A stretch of 60,539 bases of DNA from a virus, in the IMG/VR virus record IMGVR_UViG_3300028048_000007, positions 1-60,539 of that record; one strand, 5' to 3'. The position numbers were made by a program, and so were the translations under genes. A model generated the notes under the pieces. That model worked only from the letters and a program-made list of their open reading frames with translations, did not search any database and was not told the origin of the DNA. Positions 48,683-57,699 of this stretch are shown here, piece by piece (position 1 is the first letter of the stretch; the number at the start of each line of letters is the position of its first letter).

Positions 48683-51073
48683 TTACACCAGACCAAGTTC
48701 AATATCCTTCATTGTTCTTCTCAACTCTTGTGCGGCTGTATACTCATCAATTCTTTCATTTGAATAGAAATTAATCGTAGTACCATTTCCACTTGTTGAA
48801 GAATACCTTTGATTCTCTTGTGCAGTAAGAACTCTTTCACCTTTATGAAGTTCTGCTACATAACCATCATAAGGAACATAAGCAAGACCGTTTGCATGTG
48901 AACCATCAAACAAATTAAAATCGCCATTCTTAAACATATCGGCAATTCCATTCATTGAGTTCTTTATCAAATCTCCCCATCTTGTGAGAATTTTTCCAAG
49001 CCAAGTATTCTTAAACCAATTTGTAAGTTTCTCCCAAATACTCTTGGCAATGTCAAACAAACCATCCCACATCTTTTTCCACAAGTCAGCAACAACGCCA
49101 AATGCCGCACCAAGAACATTAACAAGAATATTTGCAAGACCTGCTACTGCTTCAAGAATTGCCGCAATAACTTCAAGGATAGGTCTTAAAACAGTAACCA
49201 CACCTTTAAGTATTGTACCAAGTATTTTGATTGCCGCAACAAGTGTAGTACCTATAATTTCAATTAACGGACTTAACGCTTGAAAAACTGTTTTAATCAA
49301 ACCTGCAATAACTTCAATTATCGGTGCAAGTATTTCTGCAAGCAATTCAATAATCGGTTCTATTGCTTTTACAATCTCATGAAATATTTCAATCAACATA
49401 TCAAATATCGGTTTGACAAAATCCCAAGCCGCTTTAAGCACTTCAACAATAGCGTTCCAAATTCTTGTAACATTCTCTCTGAACTCTTCATTGTTTTGCC
49501 ACAAATCAATTATTGCGGCAATTACAACAGCAATGATTGCAACCCATCCTGCCATTGTTGAGGTCAACGCACTAATGCCACCTTTTAATATTCCAATAAT
49601 TCCATGTGCAGAACCTATATTGGTTGTTAGTGTAGTAAACAAAGCTGAAACACCTTTAATTAAAGGTTGGAAAAGTTTGAAGCTTTCCATTATTAAACCA
49701 ATAGACTTTAATAAGTTGCCTAACACTAACAAAACTGGACCGATTGCGGCGGCAAACAAGCCCCATTTAATTATTTGTTCCTTTTGTGACTCATCCAATT
49801 CATTAAACTGTTTTACAAGTTCAGTAAGTTTTTGAATAAATTCTCTCAACTCACCCTTAACAATGTCTGCTAACATTATCTTGGTTGTTCCCAACGCACT
49901 TGTAAATCTAACCCAATCACCTTGCAAATTATCCATTTGAGTGTGAGCCATTTCAGCCGCATATTCACCTGTCTGTGCGGCTTCATCAATGTAACCTGCA
50001 AGTTTATCAAATTCTGGACCTGCTTGATTTATTATAGCCAACATTGTAGGCATTGCTCTTGTACCAAACAAATCTACAATGGCTTTCAATTTTTCCTGTT
50101 GAGTTATCGGTAACGAGTCACCATACTCTTGCATGATTTGCTCGCCCTCTTTTAACTCACCATTTGCATCAAATACATCAACAGACAAATCTCCAAAGGT
50201 TGCCTGTAATTGTATCATAAGTTCCCTAAACGGTATTGCTTGACCTGTTGCATCATACAAACTTAATCCATATTTCTCCATAGCCGCTTGTGTAGTGGAT
50301 GTAGGAGAAATAAGATTCTTTAAAGCCTGTCTTAATGAAGTACCTGCTTGTGAAGATTTAATACCTGCATTAGCCGCAAGACCAAGTGCAAGTCCTAAAT
50401 CTTGTATATCATAACCAAGACTTCCTGCAATGGGTGCAACATACTTAAATGATTCACCAAGTTTATCAATATCAGTATTACTGTTAGCCATAACAGCGGC
50501 AAGAACAGAAGTGTAATACGCTGTGTTTTCAATACCGTTTGTTGTTTGACCTGCAACAAGATTCATTGCTGTCATACTGTCGGTAACAACATCTGATGCT
50601 CTACCTAAATCCATGTTACCTGCGGCGGCAAGATTAAGAACACTTCCTAAACCATTTATAGCTTGGTCTACATCCCAACCTGCAAGACCCATATAATAAA
50701 GTGCTTCTGCGGCTTCTGTAGCAGAGTAAACAGTTTGTTCACCCCAATACATAGCAGACTCTCTTAATCTATCCATATCTCCTTCATGGAGAACACTTTG
50801 CATAACTGCTTCAACAGCAGACATTTGTTTATCAAAAGTTGCACCAAACTCTACAACTTCTTGTCCAGCACTAACAAGTGGAACTGTAATACTTCTTGTC
50901 AGCATAGAACCAGTATTTGCTACCAACCCTCCTGCCGACATTAAGTTTTGACCCATTGTAGATGAGTCTTTACCGAAAGTTTGCAAAGCAGATTGTGCCT
51001 GTTGCAAACCAGAGTTAAACGCGGTCATGTTCAAGTCAAGATACGCAACCGCTGTACCGACATTTATAGCCAC
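48683..51073 (-). CDS. Tail tape measure protein
   Basis: 796 aa; GTG start behind GGAGG; TP901-type core (..FGATFDKQMSAVEAVM..) followed by long Ala/Ile/Leu helical repeats. Confidence 0.9.
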   Translation of the reverse strand: MAINVGTAVAYLDLNMTAFNSGLQQAQSALQTFGKDSSTMGQNLMSAGGLVANTGSMLTRSITVPLVSAGQEVVEFGATFDKQMSAVEAVMQSVLHEGDMDRLRESAMYWGEQTVYSATEAAEALYYMGLAGWDVDQAINGLGSVLNLAAAGNMDLGRASDVVTDSMTAMNLVAGQTTNGIENTAYYTSVLAAVMANSNTDIDKLGESFKYVAPIAGSLGYDIQDLGLALGLAANAGIKSSQAGTSLRQALKNLISPTSTTQAAMEKYGLSLYDATGQAIPFRELMIQLQATFGDLSVDVFDANGELKEGEQIMQEYGDSLPITQQEKLKAIVDLFGTRAMPTMLAIINQAGPEFDKLAGYIDEAAQTGEYAAEMAHTQMDNLQGDWVRFTSALGTTKIMLADIVKGELREFIQKLTELVKQFNELDESQKEQIIKWGLFAAAIGPVLLVLGNLLKSIGLIMESFKLFQPLIKGVSALFTTLTTNIGSAHGIIGILKGGISALTSTMAGWVAIIAVVIAAIIDLWQNNEEFRENVTRIWNAIVEVLKAAWDFVKPIFDMLIEIFHEIVKAIEPIIELLAEILAPIIEVIAGLIKTVFQALSPLIEIIGTTLVAAIKILGTILKGVVTVLRPILEVIAAILEAVAGLANILVNVLGAAFGVVADLWKKMWDGLFDIAKSIWEKLTNWFKNTWLGKILTRWGDLIKNSMNGIADMFKNGDFNLFDGSHANGLAYVPYDGYVAELHKGERVLTAQENQRYSSTSGNGTTINFYSNERIDEYTAAQELRRTMKDIELGLV

Positions 51074-51093
51074 TTTGCAAACCTCCTTCCCAA

Positions 51094-51294
51094 TTAAATA
51101 CTGTATTTTCTATACAGGTCTGATGGCTTATTATATACTATCTTGTCATTCTCAACCTTCATAATAGGTTCTTTTCCATCTCTTAACTGTTTAACGATAA
51201 AAGCACACGCTTCATCAAAACAAAACGCTGTGTACTCATCTTTTATTCCCATTATTTCAGATGGTCTACAAGGATAATTAAGTAAACCCATCAT
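51094..51294 (-). CDS. Tail assembly chaperone, downstream (T-like) reading frame
   Basis: 66-aa ORF between the chaperone and the TMP; +1 frame relative to 51323..51733 and open back to the G stop. Confidence 0.55.
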   Translation of the reverse strand: MMGLLNYPCRPSEIMGIKDEYTAFCFDEACAFIVKQLRDGKEPIMKVENDKIVYNKPSDLYRKYSI

Positions 51295-51322
51295 TCCTAT
51301 TACTCTTAAAACTTCTCCTGTT

Positions 51323-51733
51323 CTAACGAAAGGATTTCAGATTAGCCACGCCATTCTGCGTATACTCAAATACGGCTAACAACTGGCTATCAGTAAGCTT
51401 AATTCCTGCTTCACAAATCTGTTTGTAAGTAGGTTCAACAAATGCTTCTTCACAAATACATTCAAGAAGTTCTGTTGTTTTAACAAGGGTTGTAGGGTCA
51501 TTAAGGTCTTTCTGATTTGTAGCAAGACCTCCTGTACCCTGTGTAAACAATTTGTTTGCTTCAACAAGAAGGTCATTAGGAATTTTTCCACTCTTTATCA
51601 TAAAAAGCATTGAAGGTCTACGAAGCCTTACATTAATTCTTTCATCTCCCTTAAAAGAAGGAAGTTCAACAATTTCTCCCTCCGCAAGCTTTTTTAACTC
51701 TTCTATTGAAATAACCTGTGTTCCTTCGTACAT
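51323..51733 (-). CDS. Tail assembly chaperone (G-like)
   Basis: Position between the major tail protein and the TMP; start moved to MYEGTQV behind AAGGAG (the longer ORF-track start lies inside the terminator). Confidence 0.65.
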   Translation of the reverse strand: MYEGTQVISIEELKKLAEGEIVELPSFKGDERINVRLRRPSMLFMIKSGKIPNDLLVEANKLFTQGTGGLATNQKDLNDPTTLVKTTELLECICEEAFVEPTYKQICEAGIKLTDSQLLAVFEYTQNGVANLKSFR

Positions 51734-51757
51734 AATTTTTCTCCTTTTAAAATAGTG

Positions 51758-51782
51758 GAAAACCCCCATTAAAGGGGGTTTC
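51758..51782 (-). terminator. Rho-independent terminator after the major tail protein gene
   Basis: GAAACCCCC-tttaat-GGGGGTTTTC, then CACTATTTT on the coding strand. Confidence 0.75.
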
Positions 51783-51822
51783 AAAATATTTTTACATTAT
51801 TCAATTTGTTTTAACTTACCAA

Positions 51823-52425
51823 TCAAGGTGAAGGGGGAGTAGGGGGAGTGACAACAGGAAGGTCATCGACACCAATTATATCAAGTTCATAAGGTGACTC
51901 TCCCTCGGCAGGAGCAGAGTTAATAACATAATCCGAACTACGGAAAGTTCCATCCTCGCTCTCAAATGCAATGGGTTGTCCCTGACAATTGGGATAAGTA
52001 ATTCTCTCATAACCTGTAAGAACACCTGCGGCATTGTAAATAGCCGAATATGCCTTAAGTTTAAAAATCTTTCCCTTTGCATTGACGGAAGTATCTCCGA
52101 TAACAGGAGGTCTATAACCAATAAAATCACCTGTGGTCTGGTCACGAAGAATTGTTCCACCCTGTAACAGTGTAACGAGTTCATCGTTAAACACGTTATC
52201 AGTAAGAGTAATCTTGTTACCAGTAATAGTAACCTGCTCTCCCTTCTGTGCAATAAGTCTGCCTTTAACTACAAGCTTAATTGCATCCTCGGTTTCGGTC
52301 TGTACTTCTACCTGTATATGATTTGCAGTATCAAGAATAATCTCATCTGCACCATCATCATAGGATTGTACACTTACAAGTGCAACATCAATTGTTGCAA
52401 TTTCAGTTCCCTTCTTTGTACTCAT
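51823..52425 (-). CDS. Major tail protein
   Basis: 200 aa, beta-rich; followed by a terminator, chaperone pair and TMP. Confidence 0.75.
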   Translation of the reverse strand: MSTKKGTEIATIDVALVSVQSYDDGADEIILDTANHIQVEVQTETEDAIKLVVKGRLIAQKGEQVTITGNKITLTDNVFNDELVTLLQGGTILRDQTTGDFIGYRPPVIGDTSVNAKGKIFKLKAYSAIYNAAGVLTGYERITYPNCQGQPIAFESEDGTFRSSDYVINSAPAEGESPYELDIIGVDDLPVVTPPTPPSP

Positions 52426-52437
52426 CTTGCACCTCCA

Positions 52438-52839
52438 TTAAAGAAGTTTGTTTCTTCGCACATTACGATAAAGCATTGCTCTCATGTGTGCATTGTAGTT
52501 GTCATCATAGTAATCACTTTCGATTTGCCCTGTTGGAAGCAACAAAGGAAAAATCTTTTCTTTTATTACACTTTCAATCTGTTTTTGGTATTCATCCAAT
52601 TTTGAATATTGATTTCTTGGAACATACAACATCACTCTCATGTATTGATACTGCGAAGATTTCTGCGGTACTTTTGCACCACCATCTCTTTTAAGAACAA
52701 TGTAAGGTGATGTACATTCTCCATTATGTGTAGCAGGGGGATATACAGGAAAATTACTGTACTTTTCTAACAGTGTTGCTACAATATCCCACACGCTATC
52801 ATTTTCAGTTATATTTAAATCTTCCTGTGATATACTCAT
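52438..52839 (-). CDS. Tail terminator / neck protein (by position)
   Basis: ORF track; head-tail connector block. Confidence 0.55.
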   Translation of the reverse strand: MSISQEDLNITENDSVWDIVATLLEKYSNFPVYPPATHNGECTSPYIVLKRDGGAKVPQKSSQYQYMRVMLYVPRNQYSKLDEYQKQIESVIKEKIFPLLLPTGQIESDYYDDNYNAHMRAMLYRNVRRNKLL

Positions 52840-52841
52840 TA

Positions 52842-53348
52842 TCAGCTTCTTTCTCCTGCATCATTGTTTACATCAACAACTAAATTGTCAACACCAAAAA
52901 CTCCGCCATCGTATCTTTCAATAATGTTGTTCATGCCATCAACAACAATACCACCTGCGTTCCTCGCTGTTTCTTCAAGAATCGCATATCTTCCTTCATA
53001 TCCTGTTTCAATATAAATACCATACTGTTGTCCTCTACCATTTTCTGCTGTATGGTAAATTTCTATTCCACAAGTATAATCTTGTTGTAGTCTGTTATTA
53101 TTGGCTCTACCTTTTTCATATACAGAAGCAGTAATGCCATCTTCAAGTGAACCTGTTCGGTTTATCCATCTGTGGTTGTTCTTCGCATAATCTTCAAGTA
53201 TCGGAACACCAATATCTCTTAAATACGCTTTAACGGCTCGTCTTGCTGTAACAGAAAATTTCAAAAGACCTTCTTCAACCTCTGCTGTTTCAACTCTATA
53301 ATACGGTTCATTACCATAACTATATCCATTTGAAGTATAAGTAGGCAT
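52842..53348 (-). CDS. Tail completion / HK97 gp10-like protein (by position)
   Basis: ORF track. Confidence 0.55.
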   Translation of the reverse strand: MPTYTSNGYSYGNEPYYRVETAEVEEGLLKFSVTARRAVKAYLRDIGVPILEDYAKNNHRWINRTGSLEDGITASVYEKGRANNNRLQQDYTCGIEIYHTAENGRGQQYGIYIETGYEGRYAILEETARNAGGIVVDGMNNIIERYDGGVFGVDNLVVDVNNDAGERS

Positions 53349-53349
53349 A

Positions 53350-53742
53350 TCAATTCACCATATTCAAAACTTGTTCTAATGAAATTTCATAGGCAATACC
53401 AAGGTTTTTAACATCCACCTTGTCAACCACTGTATAGGGCGTGTTGCCTATTGTTATTGCATCATCAATAATTATTTGGGATGAGTTGTCATCAACAAGA
53501 CATAAAATCATTGGTTTTGATTTGTCATATTCTCTTGAACCTTCTCTCGAATACAATTCAAGATTTAACATTCCACCATAACCACCACCATCATGAAACA
53601 CCCCTTTAATGTGGATTTCAAGGTCTATGTCATCAACAATTTCGTGGTGATTGTTTTTCTTTTTCCTCGTAAAAACCAACTCTTGCCCATTCCACTTTAT
53701 CAAGCGGCTTATTCTACTCTTTAAAAAGGTTTCTACTTGCAT
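53350..53742 (-). CDS. Head closure protein (by position)
   Basis: ORF track 53350..53763; start moved to MQVETFLK behind AGGAGG. Confidence 0.55.
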   Translation of the reverse strand: MQVETFLKSRISRLIKWNGQELVFTRKKKNNHHEIVDDIDLEIHIKGVFHDGGGYGGMLNLELYSREGSREYDKSKPMILCLVDDNSSQIIIDDAITIGNTPYTVVDKVDVKNLGIAYEISLEQVLNMVN

Positions 53743-53743
53743 A

Positions 53744-54010
53744 TCAACCTCCTTTAAGAACACCAGAGTTTGACTTTCTATATCCTTGTGCTAAACGCCT
53801 AAAGTATTTTGAAGTATCTCCTGCTTCAAAGCCACTCAATACAACGTTGGTGTTTTCAGACTTAAGAATTAAACATTGGTAAGCGGTATCATCAAAGTCA
53901 CCGTTATTTTCATCCAAATAAAACTGTAACTCTTCATCTTCAAACATGGGGTAATCTCTTTCACGAAGTACCATCTTGAGTCTTTCAATATCACTCATTG
54001 TTGTACTCAT
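53744..54010 (-). CDS. Head-tail adaptor (by position)
   Basis: ORF track 53744..54025; start moved to MSTTMSDI behind GGAGG. Confidence 0.55.
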   Translation of the reverse strand: MSTTMSDIERLKMVLRERDYPMFEDEELQFYLDENNGDFDDTAYQCLILKSENTNVVLSGFEAGDTSKYFRRLAQGYRKSNSGVLKGG

Positions 54011-54025
54011 AGACACCTCCAACAA

Positions 54026-54412
54026 TTACATCTTCTTTTTGATTGCTTCACGAAGCTGTTTGTTAATCATATCCTCTGCCTTTGCAATGCCAAGACTCTT
54101 TGCTTTCTTAACAAGTTCATCATGACTCATATCGGAAAGAGGTTTCTCAACTTCTTCCTCTGCAACAGCTTCATCCCATGCTTCATCGGGTATCTCATCT
54201 TCAACATTTTCATCTTCAACATTTTCATCTTCGTTGTTTTCAACAACTTCGTTTACAATCTCTTCCTCTGTGTTTTCCTCAACCTGTTCCTTCTGAATGA
54301 CAGAAGTGGGGGAATCCTCCCCCACTACCGTCCATCCACTATCCTTAAAAACAGTTTTGTAAACACTTTCTGAAACAGTTTTTGTTTTTCCGTTTTTTGT
54401 GATAGTCAACAT
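54026..54412 (-). CDS. Hypothetical protein with an acidic middle and a C-terminal HeH/SAP-like motif
   Basis: ..LSDMSHDELVKKAKSLGIAKAEDMINKQLREAIKKKM. Confidence 0.65.
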   Translation of the reverse strand: MLTITKNGKTKTVSESVYKTVFKDSGWTVVGEDSPTSVIQKEQVEENTEEEIVNEVVENNEDENVEDENVEDEIPDEAWDEAVAEEEVEKPLSDMSHDELVKKAKSLGIAKAEDMINKQLREAIKKKM

Positions 54413-54424
54413 CTGTTCTTCTCC

Positions 54425-55474
54425 TTATGATGCAACAGTAGCAATAAGAATTTCGGGAATTCTCTCGAAAGAAGGAAGATAAATCATTGATACCTTGGTA
54501 TCAACATTTACAGGGTCAACCTTCTTGCTAGTAGTAACAGCAACACCAGTATCGGTAATGGTTACGTTTGCATCAGAACCACTCATGAGGTCACTCTGTT
54601 CGGGGGTTGTACCAAACCAACCTGTTCCAAGGTTTCCGCTAGGGAAGAGAACAAAGAGGTCATCGGGAATATAAGAAACAGTGTTACCTGCTTCGTTTAC
54701 ATACTTCTTGGTATAAACCGCAATGGTAAGACCAAGTTCAGAAAGAATGTATGCTCTAACCTTTTCTCTGGAAACAGGTGCGGTACTGTTGTTTCCCCAA
54801 ATTGCATTACGGATTACATTGTTGTTATACAGGTAACCCATAGTTTTCTGTGAACATACCGCTCTAGTAGGTCTTGAACCTGTCTGTGTATCAACAGCAT
54901 CCTGCCAATCACGAATCTGTGAAATAACATCAGTGTTGGGGTTATCCCAAGTAGAAGTACCAGAAGTGAGGTCTATCTGCTGATAAGATTCAAGACCGTA
55001 ATCATAATCGTAATCCTGTCCATTTGCAGAAATGGTAATCTGTCCTGTGGTGAGAAGTGACATTCTCATTCTTTCTCTTTGTGCTCTAGCACCACGAAGA
55101 AGATTCATGTCATCATCAAAGATACGATTAATTACTGCATCAATGTAGGCATCATTGCCAGTTTCAAGAACCATATTAAGCTGTTGGCGAAGTTCCTCAT
55201 CAATCAGCATAGACTCTTTGAAGAACGGCATCTTGGTACTTACCTGCTCAAATCCAATTCTGTCACGCTTAAGTGCGGCAACATCATAAGCACTAGGCTT
55301 AAGAACTACAGGAAGTCCACTTGCACCCTTAATCCAATCAAGATTAAGTCCAAGCTTCTGCTGTGAAGGGAAAAGTTCGTCACCAAGAAGTGCATCGGTT
55401 TCTGAAAGGTTCATGGTGTTCCAATAAGAAACGATGTTCTTGGAAGTTACTAATTCAAAAATCGTTTTAGGCAT
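54425..55474 (-). CDS. Major capsid protein (lambda gpE-like family)
   Basis: 349 aa; N-terminus ..IFELVT..LFP..; preceded by decoration-like and scaffold genes. Confidence 0.85.
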   Translation of the reverse strand: MPKTIFELVTSKNIVSYWNTMNLSETDALLGDELFPSQQKLGLNLDWIKGASGLPVVLKPSAYDVAALKRDRIGFEQVSTKMPFFKESMLIDEELRQQLNMVLETGNDAYIDAVINRIFDDDMNLLRGARAQRERMRMSLLTTGQITISANGQDYDYDYGLESYQQIDLTSGTSTWDNPNTDVISQIRDWQDAVDTQTGSRPTRAVCSQKTMGYLYNNNVIRNAIWGNNSTAPVSREKVRAYILSELGLTIAVYTKKYVNEAGNTVSYIPDDLFVLFPSGNLGTGWFGTTPEQSDLMSGSDANVTITDTGVAVTTSKKVDPVNVDTKVSMIYLPSFERIPEILIATVAS

Positions 55475-55518
55475 TTTATTATTCCTCCTTATTTGTTGTA
55501 GGCTTCAACCAATTTGTT

Positions 55519-55902
55519 TTACTGTACAAGCACAATGAGTTTGAGGTTTGCTTCTGCGGAAATAAGAGTAGAACGAACAGAAGTATCTACCTTACTAACA
55601 TCAATGAAACCTGCAACAAGAATCTGCGAATTTGCATTTCCTGCGGTAACATCTACATCATGAAGTGCTACACCAACAGGCTTTGCTCCCTCTCCACCAG
55701 AAATGGTGAAAGCGGTATTTCTTGCGGTAAGACTACCGTAAAGGGGTGTACCTGCTTTGATAATTTTCTTACCTTCTGCATCTGCGGTAACACCTGTGTT
55801 TGCGACTACAATTGAGAAAGCAGTTGAATTGAGTTCGTCAACAATAATACGCTTCTCGCCATAGCCAAAAGATTGCTTGGTTACACCAGTTTGATTTAAC
55901 AT
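55519..55902 (-). CDS. Head decoration-like protein
   Basis: 127 aa, Gly/Ala/Val-rich beta protein directly upstream of the capsid gene, as gpD is to gpE. Confidence 0.55.
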   Translation of the reverse strand: MLNQTGVTKQSFGYGEKRIIVDELNSTAFSIVVANTGVTADAEGKKIIKAGTPLYGSLTARNTAFTISGGEGAKPVGVALHDVDVTAGNANSQILVAGFIDVSKVDTSVRSTLISAEANLKLIVLVQ

Positions 55903-55914
55903 CTCGTTTCCTCC

Positions 55915-56610
55915 TTAAAAGAATTTACTTTTAGTATCACCGCTTTTTTTATTAGCGTTATACCTTTCAGCAAGCTTTTTACCATAGTCATCTTCATTTT
56001 GCTTTTTAGAAGAACTATGGGAAGGTGTAGTTCCTGTTCCATTAGAACTACCTCCACCTTCGTTTCCATCAACAAAGAAAGAATTGTATCTCTTTTCCTT
56101 CTTCATATCTGCAATAACATCTTCAAGTGTTTTGTCATCCGACACCTTTGCCATTGCAATAGTTAAAACATCCTCAATAGAATCTTTATTCACTCCATTT
56201 TCAATACAGGTAAGTTTAGACTCTGCAACAATTGCTCTCTGCTCTGCCTTTGCTTTATCTTCTAAAGCGGCTTTCTTTGCTTCTTCCTGTTTTTGTTCCT
56301 CTGACTTCTGTGACTCCTGTAATGCTTTCAAAAGGCTTATAGAATCCTTTGCTTCTTGCTCACTCTTAAAACCAAGTGCATTAAGCATTGCCTGTTTACC
56401 CTGTTTCTTTTCTTTAGCCATCATGTCGTTGACTTGCTGTTGGGTAAATTTCTTCTCTGTGTCCTTATTTTGTTCCCCAGAACCATTCTCACTTCCTTTT
56501 GAATCTTCATCACCGTTTGCCTGTCCGTCACCGTTTTGTCCTTCGCCACCATTTTCATCTGCAAAAAATTGCAAATTAAAAGGCAACCCTTTTACTTCTT
56601 TGTTTTTCAT
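55915..56610 (-). CDS. Capsid scaffolding protein (DUF4355-like)
   Basis: N-terminal ..NLQFFA.. motif, Glu/Lys-rich helical body. Confidence 0.75.
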   Translation of the reverse strand: MKNKEVKGLPFNLQFFADENGGEGQNGDGQANGDEDSKGSENGSGEQNKDTEKKFTQQQVNDMMAKEKKQGKQAMLNALGFKSEQEAKDSISLLKALQESQKSEEQKQEEAKKAALEDKAKAEQRAIVAESKLTCIENGVNKDSIEDVLTIAMAKVSDDKTLEDVIADMKKEKRYNSFFVDGNEGGGSSNGTGTTPSHSSSKKQNEDDYGKKLAERYNANKKSGDTKSKFF

Positions 56611-56704
56611 TATTTAATTCTCCTTTAACTTGTAAACATCCACTAAAATCTGTGGTAGATTTCCCTAATAGGGTAGAAGAATGGAGAAGTTCCATTCCTT
56701 ATAT

Positions 56705-56733
56705 ATTATAAAACTTTACACCAAAATTGTCAA
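56705..56733 (-). promoter_or_regulatory. Sigma-A-type promoter (-35 TTGACA, 17 nt, -10 TATAAT) in front of the scaffold/capsid genes
   Basis: Reverse complement reads TTGACAattttggtgtaaagtttTATAAT. Confidence 0.65.
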
Positions 56734-56766
56734 GTTTTTCTCAACAAAAAAATGATGTAAGTTTAC

Positions 56767-57690
56767 TTAAAATAAATCATCAATAAAATACTGTATATCT
56801 CCATCCATTTCAGAATCACCTGTATTATTTTCCCAATCATCTACCATATCATGAATTTCATCCTCTGAATATACAGATACAATAGAAAACGTACAGTTAC
56901 CGTTAGGATGGTCTAAAGGTAAGTCATCTTTCGGGAAAACACCTTCTCCCAAACCATATTCATCTGTTGTTTCTCTATCCATACACAATTGACATACATT
57001 TGCCGCACCAGATGTTTCCCATTTATATCCTATAATAAATGGATTGCTCTGTGTTGCTCTTACAAATGCTTCTTGATAAGCATGTTGTATTGTTGTCCTC
57101 GTCAATCTTTGTGCATTGTAATCAACTCTTCCTCTTGTTCCAGAAGCAACCACTCTTGAATAGTTTGGATTTACATATTTTTCAATTTTCTTTGCAATTT
57201 GGTATGTACTTTGTCCTTGTAAAATACCTCTTGAAATAATTCTACTTATTTCACCTTGAATTGCAGTGCTATTATTCCAAATCGCATTACTTAAAGTCCA
57301 ATTACCACCATACAACTGTCCTGTTAAAATTCTGTTTGACATATCAGCAATAATAGCAGGATTAGTTGTATAGTAATTAAAACCCAACTGATTTAAATAT
57401 GCACTGTTTACGGACATTGTATAACCTATCATGTCATTTACATTCCCTGTGATAAGGGTATTTAAATTTCCATCAATATAGTTAAGCTGTTGTTGTATCT
57501 CACCTTTTAATTCTTCAAAATACAATCTTCTTGCTACACTACTTTCATCAGTTCTATCTGACAACCTATCAATTCTGTTTGAAATAATCACATAGGAATG
57601 TTCGTAAAACTTTCTTATTTCTGCTTCGCTTTGTAACATCAAATTGTTACGGTATTGTTCTGCTTCAATAAAAGGGTCTGATACATACAT
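56767..57690 (-). CDS. Minor head protein (Mu gpF / SPP1 gp7-like)
   Basis: ..NAQRLTRTTIQHAYQEAF..GYKWETSGAANVCQLC..; directly after the portal. Confidence 0.75.
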   Translation of the reverse strand: MYVSDPFIEAEQYRNNLMLQSEAEIRKFYEHSYVIISNRIDRLSDRTDESSVARRLYFEELKGEIQQQLNYIDGNLNTLITGNVNDMIGYTMSVNSAYLNQLGFNYYTTNPAIIADMSNRILTGQLYGGNWTLSNAIWNNSTAIQGEISRIISRGILQGQSTYQIAKKIEKYVNPNYSRVVASGTRGRVDYNAQRLTRTTIQHAYQEAFVRATQSNPFIIGYKWETSGAANVCQLCMDRETTDEYGLGEGVFPKDDLPLDHPNGNCTFSIVSVYSEDEIHDMVDDWENNTGDSEMDGDIQYFIDDLF

Positions 57691-57699
57691 ATTTCACTC

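Noticed and set aside
51323-51340. Canonical -1 frameshift for the tail chaperone
   Set aside because: The -1 frame runs into a TAA within 11 codons, and no X XXY YYZ heptamer is present. Only the +1 frame connects to the downstream ORF.
56084-56617. 177-aa plus-strand ORF. Also other long plus-strand ORFs such as 19200..19637, 36024..36470, 18506..18856 and 49413..49835
   Set aside because: All are antisense to well-supported minus-strand genes (scaffold, acidic-tail proteins, SSB, TMP). Their Ser/Leu/Phe-rich low-complexity sequences mirror Glu/Lys/Asp-rich sense codons. No RBSs were seen.
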